In this document: one piece after another, positions 20,070 through 23,591 of the stretch
Position numbering within the stretch: position 1 is the stretch's first letter
Layout of the letters: each line of letters starts with the position of its first letter
Origin: Candidatus Hodarchaeum mangrovi
GTDB lineage: Archaea; Asgardarchaeota; Heimdallarchaeia; Hodarchaeales; Hodarchaeaceae
Length of the DNA: 23,591 nt
Reading direction: 5' to 3'
NCBI GenBank assembly: GCA_016839515.1
Contig: JAEOUE010000266.1
Span: 1 to 23,591, forward strand
Notes under the pieces: generated by a model
Told to the model about the DNA's origin: nothing
The model's input: the letters and a program-made list of their open reading frames with translations, nothing else
The model's database searches: none
Made by a program: the position numbers and the translations under genes

Positions 20070-20621
20070 ATGAATGTTCAGACATCACAAAAAGCGAAAT
20101 ATCATCTCAAAATAATAGTATGTGGAGCAGGTGCAGTAGGAAAAACATCGATCGTTCGAAGATATATCGAAGACCGGTTTGAGCATAATTACCTTTTAAC
20201 AATTGGACTCGATCCTTCCAATCGCCATATAGAAGTCAATGGAAATTTAGTTAATCTCATTATTTATGATGTAGCTGGTCAAAAACGTTTTCAGGCATTA
20301 CGTGAAATATTCTTCCGAAAAGCTAATGGAGCATTGCTTGTTTTTGATTTAACACGGCCAGAAACTTTAGATGAACTATATGAGTGGCAAGAACAGATTG
20401 AAAAAAATTTAGGAAAAGATCAAGTTCCTTCTATTTTAATTGGGAATAAATCAGACCTTGAGGATCAAATACGCATAGCTTATGATGATTTGGAGGATGA
20501 AATAATTCCTGAATTTAAACCAATTAAATATTTAGAGACCTCAGCCTTAGCTGACATTAATATTAGAGAAGCTTTTGAATTACTTACTCGTGAGATATTG
20601 CAAAGGGAAGGTATTATTTAA
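20070..20621 (+). CDS. Rab-like Ras-superfamily small GTPase
   Basis: G1 GAGAVGKTS, G2 YLLTIG, G3 YDVAGQKRF, G4 GNKSD, G5 ETSAL. Start moved to ATG 20070 because the 19857 start overlaps the opposite-strand gene. Confidence 0.95.
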   Translation: MNVQTSQKAKYHLKIIVCGAGAVGKTSIVRRYIEDRFEHNYLLTIGLDPSNRHIEVNGNLVNLIIYDVAGQKRFQALREIFFRKANGALLVFDLTRPETLDELYEWQEQIEKNLGKDQVPSILIGNKSDLEDQIRIAYDDLEDEIIPEFKPIKYLETSALADINIREAFELLTREILQREGII

Positions 20622-20734
20622 GCAATCATAATTTTAGCTATTTATTTAAGGAATAATTCAATACAGTGCAGAATCTAATACTCCTTAGCTGCAGATTTGG
20701 TTTTAATTGGAGTATCCTGAGCCTAAATGTTTAA

Positions 20735-21658
20735 TTAGGAGCTTTTAGTTGTATAAATCAACCCTATAGCAGATATTATCCCTCCAATCATCGTGAGAAT
20801 TGAAAACTCCCCTATAAATATAAATCCAAAAAAAAGTGAGAATAGAGGAATTAAGAACTGAATATTTGCTGCATTAGATGCCCCGTATTGTTGGACTAGT
20901 TCAAAATAAAGAGTAAATGCTAGAGCCGCAGCTCCTACTCCTATTATTACTAGTCCAAATAAACTTGAAACAGTAAATACATTAATCGGAGGTATCAAAT
21001 TACCTTCCAAAAAGATACTTAAGCTAAATAATATAATTGTAGCAATTAATAAATTAATAGAGGTTATTTCTTCCGATTCTTTTTCTTTAAATAACCACTT
21101 TAGTGATAATGAATACCCAGCCCAGCCTATTCCAGATAATACTCCTAAAATATTTCCTACTATGAAGAATTGTGGATTAAATTCCTTATAATTTTCCATA
21201 GACGCAAAAAAGACTAAAAAAATCCCCAAGGTTGAAATTAAAATGCCTATATTTTTTCTATTTGAATAATACTCATCGCTAAATAAAAGGGGAGAAAGTA
21301 AATATATAAAAACTGGATTAAAGTTCAATAAAATCGAACTACTACTTCCTAGTATAAAAAAAACTGAAAAATTCTGGCCTATAATCATTACAATAAGCCA
21401 AGATGCACAAATGATATGTTTCCAACTTTTTTCTCTAATAGATTTCCAAAAAAAAATAAATTTTCCTTTTAATAGTATAAATAAGAATAGAGTAGCAAAA
21501 CCCAAACCATAACGTAAAAACCCATAATATATTCCTGGAAATACACCACTTCCAACCCATAATTTAGAAATTAAAGGTGGAGTGGACCAAAATATTACAA
21601 TGATAAGGGATTTGGTTAAAAAATTATAATTTAACCAGAAATGAGATGATTGAGGCAT
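20735..21658 (-). CDS. DMT/EamA-family transporter
   Basis: About 10 TM segments in two repeats; FLRY, LLNFNPVF, GIGWAGYS, LIPLFSLFFGFIFIGE. Confidence 0.9.
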   Translation of the reverse strand: MPQSSHFWLNYNFLTKSLIIVIFWSTPPLISKLWVGSGVFPGIYYGFLRYGLGFATLFLFILLKGKFIFFWKSIREKSWKHIICASWLIVMIIGQNFSVFFILGSSSSILLNFNPVFIYLLSPLLFSDEYYSNRKNIGILISTLGIFLVFFASMENYKEFNPQFFIVGNILGVLSGIGWAGYSLSLKWLFKEKESEEITSINLLIATIILFSLSIFLEGNLIPPINVFTVSSLFGLVIIGVGAAALAFTLYFELVQQYGASNAANIQFLIPLFSLFFGFIFIGEFSILTMIGGIISAIGLIYTTKSS

Positions 21659-21686
21659 TTTGCCAATCCTAAAAAGTTTTTCTTAA

Positions 21687-22151
21687 TTAGAGGGGAAAAT
21701 ATGCATACGTAATAATATCCTCTTTAAAGAGTTCCTTTCTCAATAAACCTTCTGGGATAAAACCTAATTGAGTGATAAGACATCTCAATGGAAAATTATT
21801 GGGACGTACTAAAATCTTGATCTTTGTCCAATTTTTTTCTCTAGCAAGATCAATTACTGCTCTTAATAGAGTTGATCCTATTTTTTTTCTTCGATATAAT
21901 GGTTCTACACCAATCATCATGATTGATGAAGGAAATCCTCTTATCTCTCCTTCTAATAAAACAAAGCCTACTATATTATTCTCTTCTTCATGAATTAGTA
22001 AAAATATGTTTTCTTGCTTTAATAATTCTTGAAAATATGAATTAGATGGAACTTCCATTCCTTTTTCTATTTCTTCAGAAAGACAAATTTGAATTAAATC
22101 AATTATGCGTGAGAAATCTTCTTGAAAAGTTCTTGTCATTCTTGTTCGCAC
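21687..22151 (-). CDS. GNAT-family N-acetyltransferase
   Basis: Motif A IGVEPLYRRKKIGSTLL, then VRPNN...LGFIPEG. Start is GTG 22151 or ATG 22139. Confidence 0.88.
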   Translation of the reverse strand: MRTRMTRTFQEDFSRIIDLIQICLSEEIEKGMEVPSNSYFQELLKQENIFLLIHEEENNIVGFVLLEGEIRGFPSSIMMIGVEPLYRRKKIGSTLLRAVIDLAREKNWTKIKILVRPNNFPLRCLITQLGFIPEGLLRKELFKEDIITYAYFPL

Positions 22152-22240
22152 TATAAAAAAGTTTGTAGTTTTTAATTTTTATCTTTAAAGAAAAAAATAA
22201 CAAATCAATTTGAAACCCCTAAAAAGCATTTATAACTAAA

Positions 22241-23122
22241 TCATGTAGGTTGAGGTTCTAAAAATAAAGACCTCAAATAGGAATGAATAGATCTACTACC
22301 TATCACCTCTAAATCTGAGGAAATAGGTAAACAATAACGAATACTTATATTATTTTCATTTAACGTGAGAAAAGCTACTAGTACAATATTTTCCTGTAAA
22401 TGCCCTGCTTGATAAGTAAGGATTATTGTATTTGGAGTAAAATCTTGTACAAACTCACTTAATTGGATAAAAAGTGTCTGATAAAGGAGAAAACTGAATT
22501 GTGCTTTACTAAATATTTCTTGAATGTGCTTTGCTAAAAATTCATGAACTCCTCGCCATCCAAATCCTAATGAACCTAATTCTACAGTTTCCACGGTATC
22601 AATATCAATTTCTTTCCCAGAGATTTTTGTTTTTATTTGAAGAAATTGAATTGGAAAAATATATTCTAATTCATCAAGAGGAATATTTTCTCCAAAACCA
22701 CAGGAATAAATTAATTCAAACCAAAATGTGTCTCTTTCCTCAAATCGATGCAATAAATAACAAAAATCTTTTGTAAAATGCCTTTCGAGAGATTTAAACA
22801 ATTTTTCAAGATTATTTGATAATTTACCTTTGATAGATGGGACCCCGCTTCCATATAGCCCCTCACAAAGAAAAAAAATGCGGAATCTATTTTTTTGAAC
22901 CGTAAATAATCCTATCCCTTCATTGTCTGGGATTTTATACCCATAAATTCCAGACATTAAGTACTCACTCTTTTCTTCAACTTCAGAAAGAGCAACAACT
23001 AGAGCGGTATATAGACTACCTCCTAATTCGGGTTCTAACTCACTTCCAATCCTTAAATGACAATGTCCAATAATCTGCGAACATTGAATACATTGAATCC
23101 AGATTTGACTTATAACTACAAT
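22241..23122 (-). CDS. Putative tandem longin-domain protein, extended upstream of the called ATG
   Basis: The frame stays open for 56 codons upstream of ATG 22957 to TAA at 23126-23128, adding IIVVISQIWIQCIQCSQIIGHCHLRIGSELEPELGGSLYTALVVALSEVEEKSEYL. GGGTGA SD lies 6 nt before ATT 23122. The fold is inferred from the strand/helix pattern. Confidence 0.6.
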   Translation of the reverse strand: MVVISQIWIQCIQCSQIIGHCHLRIGSELEPELGGSLYTALVVALSEVEEKSEYLMSGIYGYKIPDNEGIGLFTVQKNRFRIFFLCEGLYGSGVPSIKGKLSNNLEKLFKSLERHFTKDFCYLLHRFEERDTFWFELIYSCGFGENIPLDELEYIFPIQFLQIKTKISGKEIDIDTVETVELGSLGFGWRGVHEFLAKHIQEIFSKAQFSFLLYQTLFIQLSEFVQDFTPNTIILTYQAGHLQENIVLVAFLTLNENNISIRYCLPISSDLEVIGSRSIHSYLRSLFLEPQPT

Positions 23123-23398
23123 AATTTATCACCCATAGATCATTCTTATCCTATTTTTTAGCTTTTGGTCTTGCTCTATCAACAATTATTTATCAAAATG
23201 TTTAATTATTGCAGATATATATAAATTAGTCCCAATTAGCTTCTAACCTGCTATAACTGATATGTTATTCATTTGAAGATCCTTGATTAACTCTGAATTC
23301 TCTGTTTCCATAATTTCTAGTTTTATAAATGGCACCTTTCAGATAATATATCAATAAAATGACAATAATTGCCCTGTAAGATGAGTTCTTTCTTAAAA

Positions 23399-23424
23399 TC
23401 AGTCAATCTTAATATTAAGACTGA
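23399..23424. repeat. Palindrome / inverted repeat, possible operator
   Basis: Perfect 14-bp palindrome TCTTAATATTAAGA (23407-23420), plus a TCAGTC (23399-23404) / GACTGA (23419-23424) pair. Confidence 0.4.
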
Positions 23425-23591
23425 GGAGGAATGAAATATTTCGATTTTGCTATGTTATATAAATTTCTACATATTTAATCTATTATTTAATTTTCATGTC
23501 ATGTAAGCTACTAGGTTATTATTTGAGAATTCTAATCTTTATGAATTTTAGGATTAAAAACAAAACACTCCATCACTTGTCAAATTTTTTC

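Noticed and set aside
20678-20715. ATACTCC/GGAGTAT 7-bp inverted repeat between the convergent GTPase and DMT genes
   Set aside because: Short stem with a 24-nt loop; too weak to call a terminator or ncRNA.
548-22776. Short ORFs nested in long genes (e.g. 548, 6712, 6967, 8511, 10031, 12434, 13324, 13727, 14857, 16032, 16042, 16400, 17096, 17345, 17625, 19203, 21772, 22531)
   Set aside because: Antisense or alternate-frame shadows of well-supported CDSs, with no independent evidence.
23186-23335. Minus-strand frame VPFIKLEIMETENSELIKDLQMNNISVIAG*KLIGTN... as a pseudogene or amber read-through
   Set aside because: Short, no recognisable family, and no supporting recoding signal.
1-23591. tRNA, rRNA, CRISPR array or IS element
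   Set aside because: No GC-rich structured RNA, regularly spaced direct repeats or transposase motifs were seen by eye; tRNAscan-SE or Infernal would be needed to exclude small RNAs.

Overview
AT-rich archaeal window, most likely from an Asgard archaeon (inferred from a Rab-like small GTPase without a prenylation tail, a longin-like protein and a giant alpha-solenoid). From left to right it holds: the 3' end of an unknown gene; glgA-hisS on the minus strand; a decayed alpha/beta-hydrolase pseudogene that the ORF track captures only as a 62-aa fragment; a 1305-aa TPR/SNAP-like solenoid with a 141-aa partner; an NMP-kinase-family gene; a complete nine-gene A/V-type ATPase operon (H-I-K-E-C-F-A-B-D) with divergent A/B sequences and mostly non-AUG starts; a 628-aa unknown polytopic membrane protein divergent from the Rab-like GTPase; a DMT transporter; and a GNAT. 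The last ORF extends 56 codons upstream of the called ATG with no canonical start codon, and the full product looks like a tandem-longin (GEF-like) protein. No rRNA, tRNA, CRISPR array or mobile element was recognised. Family calls come from motifs read by eye, not from database searches.
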